A stretch of 64,000 bases of DNA from Zygnema circumcarinatum SAG 698-1b (GCA_037447605.1 CM074809.1:2904689-2968688), one strand, 5' to 3'. Numbered from the stretch's first letter, positions 37,807 through 51,040 are shown. Translations and numbers: made by a program. The notes: a model not told the origin generated them from the letters alone.

Positions 37807-37968
37807 AACCAAGCCAAGTCAGGCCACGTTAAACCAAACTAATTCAAGCCAAGCCAAGCCAAGCCAGGCCAAGTAAAGCCAAACCAAGCCAAGCCAAGCC
37901 AAGCCAAGCCAAGCCAAGTTAAGCCAGGCCAAGCCGCCAAGCCAAGCAGCTAAGCTAAGCGAAGCCAA
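37807..37968. repeat. Degenerate (CCAAG)n pentanucleotide array upstream of the CYFIP start
   Basis: About 160 bp of AAGCC repeats with variants, 140-300 bp 5' of the ATG at 37667. Confidence 0.9.
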
Positions 37969-38147
37969 AAAAAAGGTCCCCGCGCCAATCGCGTTTCAGT
38001 CGACGGCGCGTGGCGGGCAGTGCTCCGCTACTGCCACCATCGTCGGCGATCCAACGGTCAAATCGCTACGAGTGTACGCATACGTGGCACATCCCGTCCA
38101 TCGCCTAAAGAATCTCGCACGCGTCGAGAATACCGCTTTGAGTGATA

Positions 38148-38400
38148 TCAATGCCAAGTCGAAAGGTGTGGCATTGACCTCACGATGGCGATGATGCCAT
38201 CAATGTACATGGACAAAATCAGCATGGGAAACCACGAGAAACTAACCGGTCATGAAGGACCATGCCAATGCCATGCCAATTCCCCCTGCATCAGGGACCG
38301 AAACGTGGTCTGAGGGCCATTGGCAATGAATTGAGAGCCAACTGTTCACAACCTTGTGCAACCAATGGCTGGAGCCATTGGCAGCAGTTGGCTAGGCCCG
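38148..38400 (-). repeat. Dispersed repeat, copy B, plus adjacent CCAATGG/CCATTGG motifs
   Basis: Inverted homolog of 18290-18402. Hairpin TCAATGCCA (38148-38156) / TGGCATTGA (38169-38177). CCATTGG/CCAATGG at 38317, 38362 and 38375. Confidence 0.65.
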
Positions 38401-38938
38401 CATGGCTCGTATTTCTGAGCCACAGACAGCAATGGCACCTTCATTTACTTTTTGGTGGCATATCATATCGACAGGGGAGCACTGGTGATTTATTCTAGAA
38501 AAGACTGATATTGAATACTTGAAGCACGTGCATGAAGTGCTCAGGAGGAAATCAATCGACTCTGTAAGGCAACTGTTTGTTGAGACCAATGCAAAAGGAA
38601 CACAGCATTGAGCCTCACACGCGACACCAAGAAACAAAAAGCTTTGCCCAACAAAGCAAGACCTCACTTTACAGTATTTACAAAGCTGTCCCACACAATT
38701 GGGACAGCCCTTAGCCCTGAGAATTTGTCGCTGTCCAATGGCTGGCGCTCAACCACCATGAATTCGCCATAGACGCCTGTTGACTGACACAGTTGAAGAG
38801 CAACGGACGTTACTCACGTAGACGATATGTTAGTAAATCCAGATCCTGGAGTCATTGGTGATCCTTCTGAATCTGGGAAAAGAAATGTCACAAGTTCCTC
38901 CCTTTAATTCCATCCGTAACTATGCTGAAATCCCATGG

Positions 38939-41900
38939 TTAGTCACCGTCCTCTGCTTCTTGAAGGAGAATTTCGAACACGTCAGTGCGCAAGTGTATTT
39001 CTTTCTCCCGCATAATGTCAGCAAGCTCTGACTGCTCCTTCGCTGTAAGCACCGTGTTCAACTTGGTGAAGGCTTCCATCCATAGGCTCTTTGACCTGAT
39101 TCAAAGACCGGAAAAAAAAAAATCATTCACTCAGCACAGGGCTAGCTAGCGGAAGAGTATAAAATTCTCCAATTGCTCTGGAAATGAAACGTGTACAGGT
39201 GCACAATCATTGACAGAGCTTTGAATTCCCACCAAGGGCAGGTATGAATTGCTCGAAAAAATATGCGGCGCGCCGCATCTTGGTTCTTTGCCAACTTGAG
39301 CTCATATGCGAGGTACGCTCTCCAAATAAGGACAGACTGCCACGTGGCGGACCTTTGCAGACTATGCTCCATCAAGCTGTGAACACGAGGGCCGGCTCCC
39401 AAGCGACCAACTTCTGTCGCCACTGCAAAGAGCCACAGAGTTGTGGACGGATTTCTGTTCAAGACAAGCGTACGAATTTCAGTAACGCTAGGAGAAAGGG
39501 AACCCGCTCATTTGCAAGAGAATTGTTGCTCATTCTGAGATAACTTGACACCGTTGGTACATAAAAGCAGCAGTGACAAGCCAGCGAAGTCAAAGAAGTT
39601 CCGATGCCTCCTCCGAATGTGCAGGATTTCAAGTGTTCGGTCCCATAAAAATAGATAGCGTTTAGAGTCCTGAAACTCACCGCGTTGCCATGTCATCAAA
39701 GAATCGCCGTAGGCGGTTAGTGAAAGCTGTTCTGGACTCCAACCGGACATATGATCTGAGTAGTTGTGTATTGCACGGGTAGTCTGCCAGAGTTCTCAAA
39801 ATGACCTGGCGCATGCGGGCCGGTCTGACAGATGGAACTGCATGCTCTAACATATCAACATAGCGTTGAACGAGAAGTTCGTATTGTAGATTACGCCTGC
39901 GCTTGTCTGCATCAAAACTCAAAAGCATGTCAGACCCCTAAAGGACTATCATTTTGTGCCAAACAGCACTATCTCGCAGAAGTAATTATGAAGAGCAGCA
40001 GTTGGTGAAGTCCAATCACTCACCTGGCAAGCTCATTGCAAGGCCATCCTCAAAGACCGCTGCTGCTGCACTCACACCGGACGTAAGCATTTCAAAGAGG
40101 GCTGAAGCGGCAATTATGGCTGCCCCCTTCAAGTCCAGTTCTCCTCTAACGACTGCCTGTCTTGTACTCTGCAGCATCTCCTTGAAGCCTTTCTTGGCTT
40201 TCAACACCCTTGTGCTGGGAACCAATGCAACCTGCCCAACAGGAAGCGGCTGGAAAGTTGCCGAATCGCCGAGGTCGGTCAGAATATTGAGAGCCCTTTG
40301 ATGGCCCGTTGAATTTGGATCATTTACAGACGCCCAGAACTGATCAGAGGGGCTGAATGTGGCTGTAGAATGAGCGGCATGAGAAAGCTCCATCTCCGCA
40401 TAGGTCAGAAACAGGTGGGGAGCATCGTGGGCAGCATCCTGAAAGACAACAAACCAGGGGAAGCTGAATTTCAGGTTGCAAACCAGTAGCCCGCTGAAAG
40501 GACAATTTGCTGCAGATGCTCACGACACGTTCGGCTCAAGACTTTGGGGAGGAAACAGCCAAGGCCTTGTAAGGATCGTGACACTGAACCACTCCTCTCT
40601 GTCTAGTAGGGCATAGAGACACAAAAAAAACCGACTTTTCTTATGGTCGATCAATTTGCCATACACGTACAGGAGCCATTCCTTGTCAATGGGTACGGAT
40701 TGAAGCACAACATAAAGAAATAATGTGATTAACATCAGCAGTATCAACAAACATTCGCAAGTATAGTCGTGCTAAAGCTACTCCTGAACAGCAACAAATA
40801 TGGAGCCAATTCTTGACAATAGACGCAGTTCGTTCCAGAAAGGATCCCAGCCCAGTGACCCTGTTCCAAGTCCGTAAGAGATGGTAAGTTTCCCTTCCAT
40901 GATAAGTAAAGGGGCTATACAGAAATTGTATTGCGGTACTTACTGAAGGGAGTGCGGCGAGGGAGGTTAAAGTGGTATCAAACACCTTTCGGGCCGTAGA
41001 CATATTTCCTGCCGCTGCCTCCAGACATGCATAGGCAGCCCAAAGTGCCAAGTCCTACATCCATGGCAGACATAAAGCAGCGATCACAACAAAGATTCAA
41101 GGTGCATCCAACCGTTATCCTCTCACAAGTTCCATGAGCGCACTTAGAGACCGAGCACAATCTAATGATGCTCTTCTGCAGGCATGACAAATGAAAAGCC
41201 CGACTGAGGCTTAGTGGAGCCGACTTAGATACCTGTCGACGTGTCTTTAGAAGCCGCTTGGCTGCTGCCCGAGAGGCCCTCTTTTCTGGGTCTCCCGCAC
41301 TGCCTGAAAGCATGTCCTCTACATGTACAAGGGCTTCCTTGAACGTGCTTGCTGATGGAAAGCGTTTCACAGCTAAAAGCAGAATGTTGCGAACAAATTC
41401 AGCACGTCCGGAGGTTTCTAGAAGCCAAGATGGGTGACCGGCAAGCTCAGCCAGCATGGCTCCACCCCTTCTCACGGCTTCCTCTGAGCTCTCCTGCTCA
41501 TCTTTGTCACTCGGAATTCGAAACATGTCATTTTGTAAGTTAGCTAACGAAGAAGCATCTGCCCATTCCTGAGCTTCGATTTTTTCCCGAGCACTGCTCT
41601 CATTTGTAGAATGCCTGCAATCACTAGCAAAGGAAGTTGAAAAGAAAAAAAGAAATGCTAAAAAACTCATTAACAAATGTCGACCAGAAAAGGAAGAGTC
41701 GCCAGTAAATAGAGATCAATCCTTGTTTCGACGACTACTCGTGGAAAACTCCCCGTTTAGCCAATGCCCCAAGAAAATTGTAGCCTGACACCGTACCATG
41801 GACATGCACTAGGTAGTCAGTCACCTACGGAACATTGCTCTGTTGGAATCAAATCCCTTCTCAATGTTCCAGCCAAATCTCCAGCCTCACTTCAAGGTGA

Positions 41901-44900
41901 TGCAAAACAAAGAGGCCAGCTTCATCAACAGTACCAAATCTCACCAGGGTGGAAGTGGGCCGTCGCAGAAATCGACACAGCAGTGCAGCAAGAGTGCGCG
42001 CGCCTCTTCCGATTCGAGTGAAAAGAGCACTTCTCGCACGTCTTCATAGAGTACCGCCCGCTCCAACTCCAACTCCTCTTCTACCTCAGCCTCTCCATTC
42101 GTGTCTGATTGTTCTCGAGTGCGAGTGAGTGCCCGGCTGGTCTTGCCTAAAGCACGAAGTGGGGGTTAGAATGCTGTCAACCATTGTCCAAGAAAAATGA
42201 CGAGTAGAGATTTCTGAAAAAGCTGAAGGCAGCCCCATTGTCAAAACTGTCATGTTATTACCATTTCATTGGCAGAAATTGATGCCACGAGGAGTGCTAC
42301 TTTGTGGACTTAACACTGCTCTTTTAATGTCTCCCACCATGAGAGTAGTACAGGTGAGAATGGGAATACAATGAAAGGACAGGTTCAACAAGTTGCAGCT
42401 TTGAGGACGGATGAGTCTATTAAACATCAAGTGGCTTCGTTCAAGTTTATTTCATCACCTGAAGTTGGGCGCACAGGCAACCATTGGTCCTTATCTCGCC
42501 TCACTTCTTCCTCTGCCCATCTTAGCCAAACTTTTTCATCTTTCACTCCGTCCTCCTTTCCACCACCGGACCCTAACCCTAAGCGCTCTGCAAGTGCGGC
42601 ATCGTCCTCCTCACTCCCATCATTGCTGGACGCAGTATCATCCTCAGTATTATCACCATCGTTTTCTCTTTCTTCCATAGAATTTGCAGCTTCACTATCC
42701 TTCTCGAGTTCAATGGTTTCCTCTTGTCTGACGGCCTCTCCTGTGCTTTGATTAGTTTCTCCAGCACCCACGCCCGCACTTTGATGAGGCCCCAAACCAC
42801 CACTTTCCTCCTCTTTGTCCGTCGCTTTCCACCCCGTCCAACCACCTGTCTCTTCTGCCTCCTCCTTCTGAGCCCTCAGCAGCAGCTCCTCCTGAAGTTC
42901 AACGAAGGCAGACCAGCCAAGACTACCTTCCTCACCAATATGCGGAAAACCCCCATCCCAAAAGGCCTCAAACAGTCTCTGCTTGCTGCCTTCTGAAACT
43001 TCCAAAGGAGGAGCAAAAACTGCGTACTCTATCTCTGCTTGTATCATCCCAATCGCCCTTTCGTGGTGTCCACACTGCCACTCGAAACGACAGGCCTCTA
43101 GAAACATCTCTACCATCTTGCCCTCAGATTTAACGAACTCCCGATTAGAGGCGAGGTGCTCCTTGCTTGAGTGTGCCTGTCATTAAAATGTAAACCGATT
43201 GACATATCATACTCTAGCTTTGCCAATATTGTTGATGCTGAGGAGGTGTGAGCTGTAAGATGTGAGATGTGAGTGTGCAGCGCAATGGGCGGTGGAAAGC
43301 AGTGCATTATTGTATGGTAAGGACGAAGCAAAGAATAATTCATACAGCGGACTTGATCAGACAAGCGCCGAACCTCTACACTATCTCAGCTCAGCGCCCT
43401 TTGGTTTCAGTGCCAATTTGGCTACATCCTTCACCTGAATAAACAAAATATTTTATTGGAATGTGCAACCGCAGACAAATGTGTTCAAGAATATTAGAAA
43501 GCCACCAAAGTAATTATACCTACCTTTTAATAATCTCTCAACTAATCAATCGATCATGCAAGACTGTATCCTGCATTGCTTTCTCTTATCCTGTAATTGC
43601 ATTTTTTAAGGCTATGCATTAAAAGTCACCTTTATCAACATCAGGTACACATTTGCTTTTAAAAGTTGAATTCATTCGATTCTGATTCTTGTTGGTTTGC
43701 CACGCTTGCTTCCATAAGCAAAATCCAAAATAATGAGCATCTGTGGGGAGTATTCATACTAAACGACACATAAAAGGCCCGTAAAAGGCCCAGTCCGCTC
43801 TATGATTTTACCTCATGGTTCTCTGAAGCGATGCATGCCAATGGAATGAGCCTTCTCATCCATGACTTCAGTGAAGAAACTTGAACCTACCTCTCTTCGC
43901 TTGTAGTTTCGTTCCGCCCCCAACGCATGAATTGCTCGAACAAACATTTCTCGTACTGCCGAGACAGAGAAAGTGGAGAACTGTGCACGACGCCACCGAA
44001 TGTATTCATGCCACAGGAGATAACTACCAGGATTTCGTTCGACTGCCTTCTCCCACTTGCTTTGCAAAGCACTCACTTCATCCCTGCGGGCATGCCAGCA
44101 GCCAAATCCTGCGTTATTGGAACAAGCGTGGATATAGTTGGCACAAACACCACAGATTCTCTTGGAGAAGTCTCTACCGAAACTCAAAACTCACTGGGAA
44201 GAGACCACCCGGTTGCTCTCACCTTTATGCGAAGGAATATACTACCGTAAAACCGAACAGGTTGAGAAAAAAAGAAATTAAAGATTTTGGCTTCTCAAAA
44301 AAAAAAAAAAACTTTCAAAACCAGTTTCTCAAAAAAAAAAACTTATATTTGTGAACACGATTCATTTTGAGAAATGAGAAATGAATTTCTATTTTTTTTT
44401 TCTCAATACAATTTTGATGGAGAACCAATTGAGCATTGAACAATTAATTATCGTTCGTGTTCAATTTGAGTTTTCCTTGGGTTCACTGATCAACAATGAG
44501 ATTTTAGCGGATCGCAAAGCGCGTGGACCCGATTTTCCGTACAGAAATTGTTGATCGGCTCGTGGGAAGAGTCGTACGAAAAAACTGAGGCCCGGGTTAA
44601 CCGGATCCCTCAAATCGCACGAAACCAACGAGGAAAAAAATTGGAATCCTACGTGCGACCGAATGTGTTGAGTCTGTGAACTTTTTCTTTAAGACTTTTC
44701 CGCTTTCTTAAATTGAAAAAGTTTCGACCTCGAGTGTTCAAAGATCAACCCTATTCAATAAGATTGAGAATTGAGAAATTAAGTAAACTCGTTTCGCATT
44801 TTCTCAACCTGTTCGGTTTTACGGTATACCGGCTCTTCAGCTAGCTGCTGCACATTGGCAGGATGCTGGAGGGACAGCAAGGAAGTGGTTTCTCGGAAGA

Positions 44901-47751
44901 GAAGAGAAGTGAAAGCTCTTGTAGAGCTTACGAAATACATACCTATTCCGGCAAGTTTCCAAATACGCTACTTGAAGCTCCTCGTTGTCAGGTAAATAGT
45001 GCAAAGCTTTCTCATACACTGCTATTTTTTTCTCCACAGCTTGCTGAACCGCTGTCGCTTTAATACTCCACCTTGCATATTCATCCTAAACCAGGCCCAA
45101 GTAGAAGCACTTCTAAATTTGAAAAAGGACGACACAAGAGGTGGAATCATAAAGTTGCAAACCTCGTAGCAACATCAGAGTGATATAGTGGCCAACGCTA
45201 GAAGACACCAGAAGGCTTCGAGTGCAATCGTTGAATTTACCTGAAAGCGCGCAAAATCAAGCCACACTGAGGCGTCCATTGGTCTTTCTCTCGTCTTCTC
45301 GTTGAACTCTTTGGTTCTTCTCAATAGCTGCTCCTCCCAGCTCTCACCTTCCACCTTGTTGTCCAATATTTCGCCAGCATTCCTTTCCTCAAACCCTGAA
45401 GATGATTCGTGTCTGGCAGGCTTGGGCATAGCCTCATCGAGAGGAACATACTCCCCCCAGAGATCTTCAGAATTCCTGCCTTTTCCATTCTCAACAAGAA
45501 AGTGGACCTTCGCCCTAAGCCGTTTGAAATCCTTGCTTTTCTCAAGGGCAAGCTGCTTTCCTGTCCAATACCGATTTCGAGCTATTGTCCCGGAAGGACG
45601 GGAAGTGAAATCAATATCATCATCTCCTAAAGACCCCCTTGGACCATGTTTTCCAAATCGAAGTCGACTAATGTGAGTTGATGCAGGAGTTGTAGTGAGA
45701 TGGCGATGATATCTTGCAACGTCAAGCCTGTTAACAACAAAGACAACAATTGTTGATTGGTGAAGTCCTCTTTGTCCTACAGCGACGGTAACATTGCTAT
45801 AAAGGTTGACATAGACTTGCATATTCCTGAATGGAGTACATGCTACCTTACAGCCATATTCGTTAATAACTCATCATTCCTGCTGTGATATCACTTTTCA
45901 GGCTTCGATATTGTGCTGTGCTGCATGTTTTTCAAAATCATCTATGAAATTGACGTAAGAAAACAAATTGTGAGCGTCATCTCGCCTACATACTCTATGG
46001 TTTGCAGTCGGTATGATAGATCTTAAAAAGGCGTCTTTCATTGGCTTCTCCAGTGAATCAAATACAAAAGCGCCTCAGCGTACGGTTGGAAAATTGAATG
46101 AGATGATATATTTAGAAATTCAAGAAGAGGAAAAAGCAATAACTTTAGCTTCTACTTCTCATTCTCCCCAAGCTTCTCTTTACCGTGCCTAATGAGAGGA
46201 GGCGTAGGCTAGCAGCCATATTTGAGCGTAAAATTACTTACGCATAAAGAGAGCCGAATGCCAAGTTGTCTCGATCACCCCTTGTATCAAAGAAATATAC
46301 TTTGGGTAAGCTTTCTGTACTATCCGCCCATATCTTCACTGCTGGCTTTCTCTCAACGCCAAGTCCTTCTAAAGAACCTATCTCTGTTTCCTCGCGCCTC
46401 CTCTTGTGCTTCGATTTCCGACCCTTCCTTTCTCTCCCTGTGTGTCCCTCAACACCCTCCTTTCGTTTCCTCTTTTTCTTCTTCTTCTCAGATCGCTTTT
46501 GCTTCTCACCACTTGATTTGTCACTGCCTGAGGAAAATAGCTCATCTTTGTTCTGGTCCACAATCTTCTGCACCTCATCCGTCCTGCCAGTGTCTCTCTG
46601 GCCCTCGTTGTACGCCACAGTAGCTGTGAACTTTTCACGGAGCGGCAGGAGAGTTTTAGAAAAACTAGGATTTGCCAACCAATCTTGGCCTGCAGCCGTA
46701 GTAATTCCACTCCCTGCAACCTGCAGACGACTTCAACATAATGCCGTCGTATCGTTAGCTTCTCATTCAGGCAAAGTGCCCTTGACGACAACTTGAGCTG
46801 CAAGTGTGATCATGGAATTGAAGTCCGTTTTTTGTCTGTCATTCAAGTAATTATGAAGTGTGACCATGGAACCTCCTGCCAGTGGAAACGAAGTATAGCA
46901 CATATGCTCGGTTTCGAGGAAAACTACAAGTACGGCTGCATAGGAGTGTACACTGATCGAGGCTCATGAACGTTGAAATTTTCTAGAAGCTGAAAGAGAG
47001 ACATCTTTGTTAATGCAAGAGTTGTTTTTCAAGCCGAGTGAAAGTAATTTGACTTAGAAAAAAAACTTAAAGCTTTACTAGACCATCTTAAAATGATGAT
47101 TCCAGTCAAGTATCGGAAATCAGACGTTGCCCTGAAGGTTTAGTTTATTTACTTGGACTCATTTGGAGTTTCAGTTAATGCGATCTTTATTCTCTTATAA
47201 GCGTCACATCTGCTGGAAATCAGTGTGAAGTTATCAGCTATATCTTGGCTCTATCTTCCAAGCAAAAAAAAAAAAAAAAAAAGGCAGGGTGGGGCGGGGG
47301 ACATCACGGAGGAAGCGGCGGCGACATCGCTTACAAATGCAGGAAGCAAATTTAAATTCGTAAACTAGATAATGTCAGGCTGCATCCGAAAAACCCTTTC
47401 GCCTTAGGATATTCAAATATAGGATATTGTTTGTTCGGTTTTGGATGTAAGAATCACCTGCGGGAAAATTGGGAACAATCGACCAGTCGAGCTTTTTGCC
47501 TCTGTTATGGAGGGCACGCTCAAATTATGCATTGTAGCGAGAGGAAAGAGCGGACTTATCGCTGCGTTGCCAATAACTGCAGCTACGCTTCCCGCTCTTT
47601 CAGGTTTGACCGCTGTTCCTTCATCTAGCATTCGCGCCTTGTCAGCTGCAATCTGCGCGTCACTGTCATTCTCATCCTCTGCATCTGCACTGCCACCTTC
47701 TGCACTGTCTGCATGCCCCATAGTGCTCAGTCCTCTTGCACTTTTGTTCAT
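38939..47751 (-). CDS. NRDE2: Nuclear exosome regulator NRDE2 (HAT-repeat protein), about 1342 aa
   Basis: Exons: 47751-47458, 46720-46242, 45727-45241, 45085-44943, 44083-43891, 43176-42459, 42146-41945, 41614-41233, 41054-40944, 40438-40024, 39906-39681, 39454-39233, 39095-38939 (4029 nt, in frame; alternative ATG at 47721). Motifs DWLANPSF, FFDTRGDRDNLAFGSLY, WLDFARFQD, EKKIAVYEKAL, IQAEIEY, FEAFWDG, IFFRAIHTCPWSKSLW, EKEIHLRTD. Confidence 0.93.
44245..44824. mobile_element. MITE (non-autonomous DNA transposon, probably Tc1/mariner-pogo class) in NRDE2 intron 4
   Basis: Perfect 26-bp terminal inverted repeats CCGTAAAACCGAACAGGTTGAGAAAA / TTTTCTCAACCTGTTCGGTTTTACGG. TA on both sides (44243-44244, 44825-44826). 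No ORF; multiple internal TTGAGAA/TTCTCAA motifs. Confidence 0.92.
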
Positions 47752-47950
47752 AGGAAATTGCAATGGAGGAAGAGATGGCACTATCAAGAGGAGCAATACC
47801 CTCCCTCTTATTACTCGGCTCTTGATTCCTGAAGCAATAGGCTTTCGAACTTGGAGGGCTCAAAAGGCTAATTGCCACAACGACGAACCCAGCACGCCTC
47901 AGCTCGCGTGTGAACAGCACCCGCTCTGCGCTCTCCGTGTGAACGCCAGT

Positions 47951-48036
47951 GGTACTGGAGCGTGTACGGACTGAATGTACGGACTTGATGTACGGACATG
48001 TAGCCGTATAAATAGCCGCCGCTATTTTCTCCCACA
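47951..48036 (+). promoter_or_regulatory. GTAC (SBP-box/CuRE-like) array, TATA box and initiator-like site facing the + strand
   Basis: TGTACGGAC at 47963, 47976 and 47989 (13-bp period) plus GGTAC at 47951. TATAAATA at 48007-48014. Pyrimidine patch then CA at 48033-48036, about 27-29 nt after the TATA. Confidence 0.6.
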
Positions 48037-49144
48037 ACGCGACGAGCGCGCAGAGCGGGAGGGTGAAATAAATGGTGGGGGAGAAGATTGTTAAATTATC
48101 TTTGCGCTTGGGGCAATGTCGCAGTCAGTGAGGTTTATCCGAGACGCGACAATTGCTGGTTGAAAACTATTTCCAATCCCCCTTAGTATCTCCTTCGGGA
48201 GTACTAAGAATTTCTGGAAGGCTAAGGCCTCACAAATAATTCTAAAAATGGACAATTGAATTTTCTCTGTCACATGCCTATACCTTGCAGTTACCCTGTA
48301 GATTGGCATATGGCTAACAATTATATTGGGGAGAGTGGTCTGACGGAATTAATATTTTGTTGCCGAGCAGTTCAGCTCACCTTCCGATAAGCAAACCCTG
48401 GCTCCAATATTGTCATCACCCGCTCCGACAATTCTTCAAAAAAAATAGCATCGTTCAAAAGCCCTGAATGTCAGCAGCGTGATCGATCGTGCAACTATGA
48501 CTACTGGCAAACAGTGGCGGGCTCTTGCTATTCTCTGGGGAGGGAGCTCAACCTCCCCTCAGATTTGCAAAAGCTGTTCGCGTTCGAAAGGTTGAATAGC
48601 AGAAATACAATAGAATTTCAGGTTTTTTTTTCCCTAACGCACTCGTCGTCCCCACTTCAACTAAAATCCTGGATCTGTCTCACTTTTTCTGCAGAAAGGG
48701 GTAGCTTTTAAAAGGACTGCTCTCTTGTCCGCCATGCTAGCGGGCCTATGGCTACGATAGCGATCACCAATTGCAAACGGTTGCTGTTGACATTCCTTTC
48801 ATTATGTGCTCGCAAACCGTGGCATGTTCCAAACCATCTCATTGCAAAGGCGATAAACATTCTCATTATTTCCTCATGGTCATATTCGGGGGAGCAAAGT
48901 ATGAGGATACCGCTGACAAGTTCTTCTTCAACGATCAACTTAAATAGACTACCGAATCCCGGCAGTAATGCAGTTACAATTTTTACAACATCCGCAAGGT
49001 TTTTCAACATCTACAATTTACCTACTAGTGCATTCATTCCTTCTTGGTGACAACACTTTGCAGCACGGGCATTGGGTGACTGCTCTGTTTGCGCTCTGAT
49101 CAAAGTAGCATTCCCGCAACTACGTTATTCCACTTTAAAAGGCC

Positions 49145-50878
49145 TTAAATCCTGGTCTGCGCTCCTGCCATGGCTGAACCAGCAGGCTCGTCCTTCCTAT
49201 ATCCGTCACGACCAAGGGTTTCATAATTGCTGTCTCCATAGCCCTCACTCTGCGCTGCAGAATTCTGCACGAGCTTATCCTGAGGGCGTCTCTGGTACTG
49301 CATGTGCTCGTAGCGGTTAAGCAGCAGGTACAGCCAGCCAACGACGGAGAATTGAACGCCAAGAAGAATCTGCACAGTATTCCATACAAACGAAAAAATT
49401 TGAGAAGTCTGACATTTTTGTGGTGAACTGTCTGTTAACAGACAATCCGCGTTATCAGAAATCCAGCATCTAAAAAAAAAAAAAAATGTAGAACTTATTC
49501 CAAGCATACAGTGTTAAAATGTGATGAAAAAGCAGATGATGGTCAATGGCTTCCCCCCATTAACGGCAGAGTAGACCACCGTTGTCACTCCATGAATTAC
49601 AGCCATTATCGTGGGTAGTCTAGTTTGAATACCAACAAGCAAGTTTCAGATTTACTTGCCAGGCAAGTAGGAGAGCATCATCAAAAGTCAAGATGAGAAG
49701 GGAGGAACGAGAAAACGAACGGGAGGGAGAAAAAGCACAAGCAATGCAGATAGGCGCTTGATCGAGGCATGATGCAATCAGATACTGCGAACGGCGAATA
49801 CAGCGGAAACAAATTGCTTTTGAACGCCAAGCCGTCAAGCATATAATTGGCTTCGTTAGCTCTGAAAGGAAAGGTTACAGTGACGAGAAGTTGACATATT
49901 CTTCAGCAATAGCGAGTTCTTGCAGAGTTACTCACCGCCAGGTATCGCAGACCTCCGTAGAATTCACGGTATATGCTCAAACCCAAGTAAATGTTGTACC
50001 AGGCAAGGCCAACGACGGAGACACCAATCGTGAAGTGAATAATATACCAGGGAATTCGAAAAAATTTGCCGACTTTTGGACGAATAAGACCCAGGATGGG
50101 CTGGAGAAGAAGGAAGCCAACAATAAATATCCCAAGGATGGGATGCGTGCCAGCCTGCCATCCATCATCTTTAACGATCTGCAACAGAGACAAAAAAAAA
50201 AAAAGGTGATGAGTACTGGCAAATATCAGCGACAACGTTTTTGTTTGTGAAAATATGCTATTTGGAAAAAACGTGATGTGGCCAACAGTGTCATATTTAG
50301 ACAAAAGACGAGCGATAAATACTAGAGATCATTTAGTCAAGCATTTCCGTCGGCTGCTTCGTCAGCATGCCACAAGCTTGCCCAATAGCTGAAATCTTAT
50401 TCATTTCAGGACGACAATCCAATAAAAGTTCAATTACCACCCTTTAAACATCAAAGCTGAGACATACAGCTTACATGCAAAAACAGACTGCAACAGTGAC
50501 AACTGAATTAGATGAAGACATTTCGGAAGTAACAAAAAGCAACAGAATGAAGGAGTGCAAGGACATGAACGGGATTTCACTGCGCCTCACATTGAACTTT
50601 ACAAAAGCAATAATGGCTCCTGCGACGACTAACGCAGCCGCGAGCGAATTAGTCAGAATGTGTAGGAGCACCCAGTGCCGGCTGCCGTGGCGGCCCAGCC
50701 TTGCAATAAGTATTCCGATCGGAAGAATCACCGTAAACGCCGACCACATCAGCCAGCCATGCGCCACGTACCACCCCTTGGCTGCATCCTGCGCTGCCAC
50801 GCGACATACAAGCGAAAGCACAACTGCGGAAAATACCAGCAGCCGAGTCTTCATACTCGCCGGCCTTTCCACCGCCAT
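49145..50878 (-). CDS. Cytochrome b561 / ferric reductase-like transmembrane protein (At4g18260 type, no DOMON domain), 251 aa
   Basis: Exons: 50878-50591, 50178-49936, 49369-49145 (alternative ATG at 50854). Signal-peptide-like N-terminus and four heme-ligand His in AHGWLMW, LHILT, THPILG and IHFTIG; also LQPILGLIRP and NIYLGL. Confidence 0.9.
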
Positions 50879-51040
50879 GACCAAAACTCTTTATCTCAAC
50901 CCAAATTCTCTATCCCTCTCCTCTCCTCTCCTCTCCCTTCCCCTCCCCTCCCTCGCCTTCCCTCCCTGTACTCCTTCACCTTTCCCTCTCTCCCTCCAGC
51001 GCCCTTCCTTCACCTCCCCCCCCTTTCCATCCGCCCTCCC

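Noticed and set aside
47264-47282. A19 tract in NRDE2 intron 1 as a possible retroposon tail
   Set aside because: No target-site duplication or Pol III box found; treated as a simple homopolymer.
48034-49100. Known copper miRNAs (miR397, miR398, miR408) downstream of the GTAC/TATA promoter
   Set aside because: No match to the recalled mature sequences and no long fold-back seen by eye; only short hairpins.
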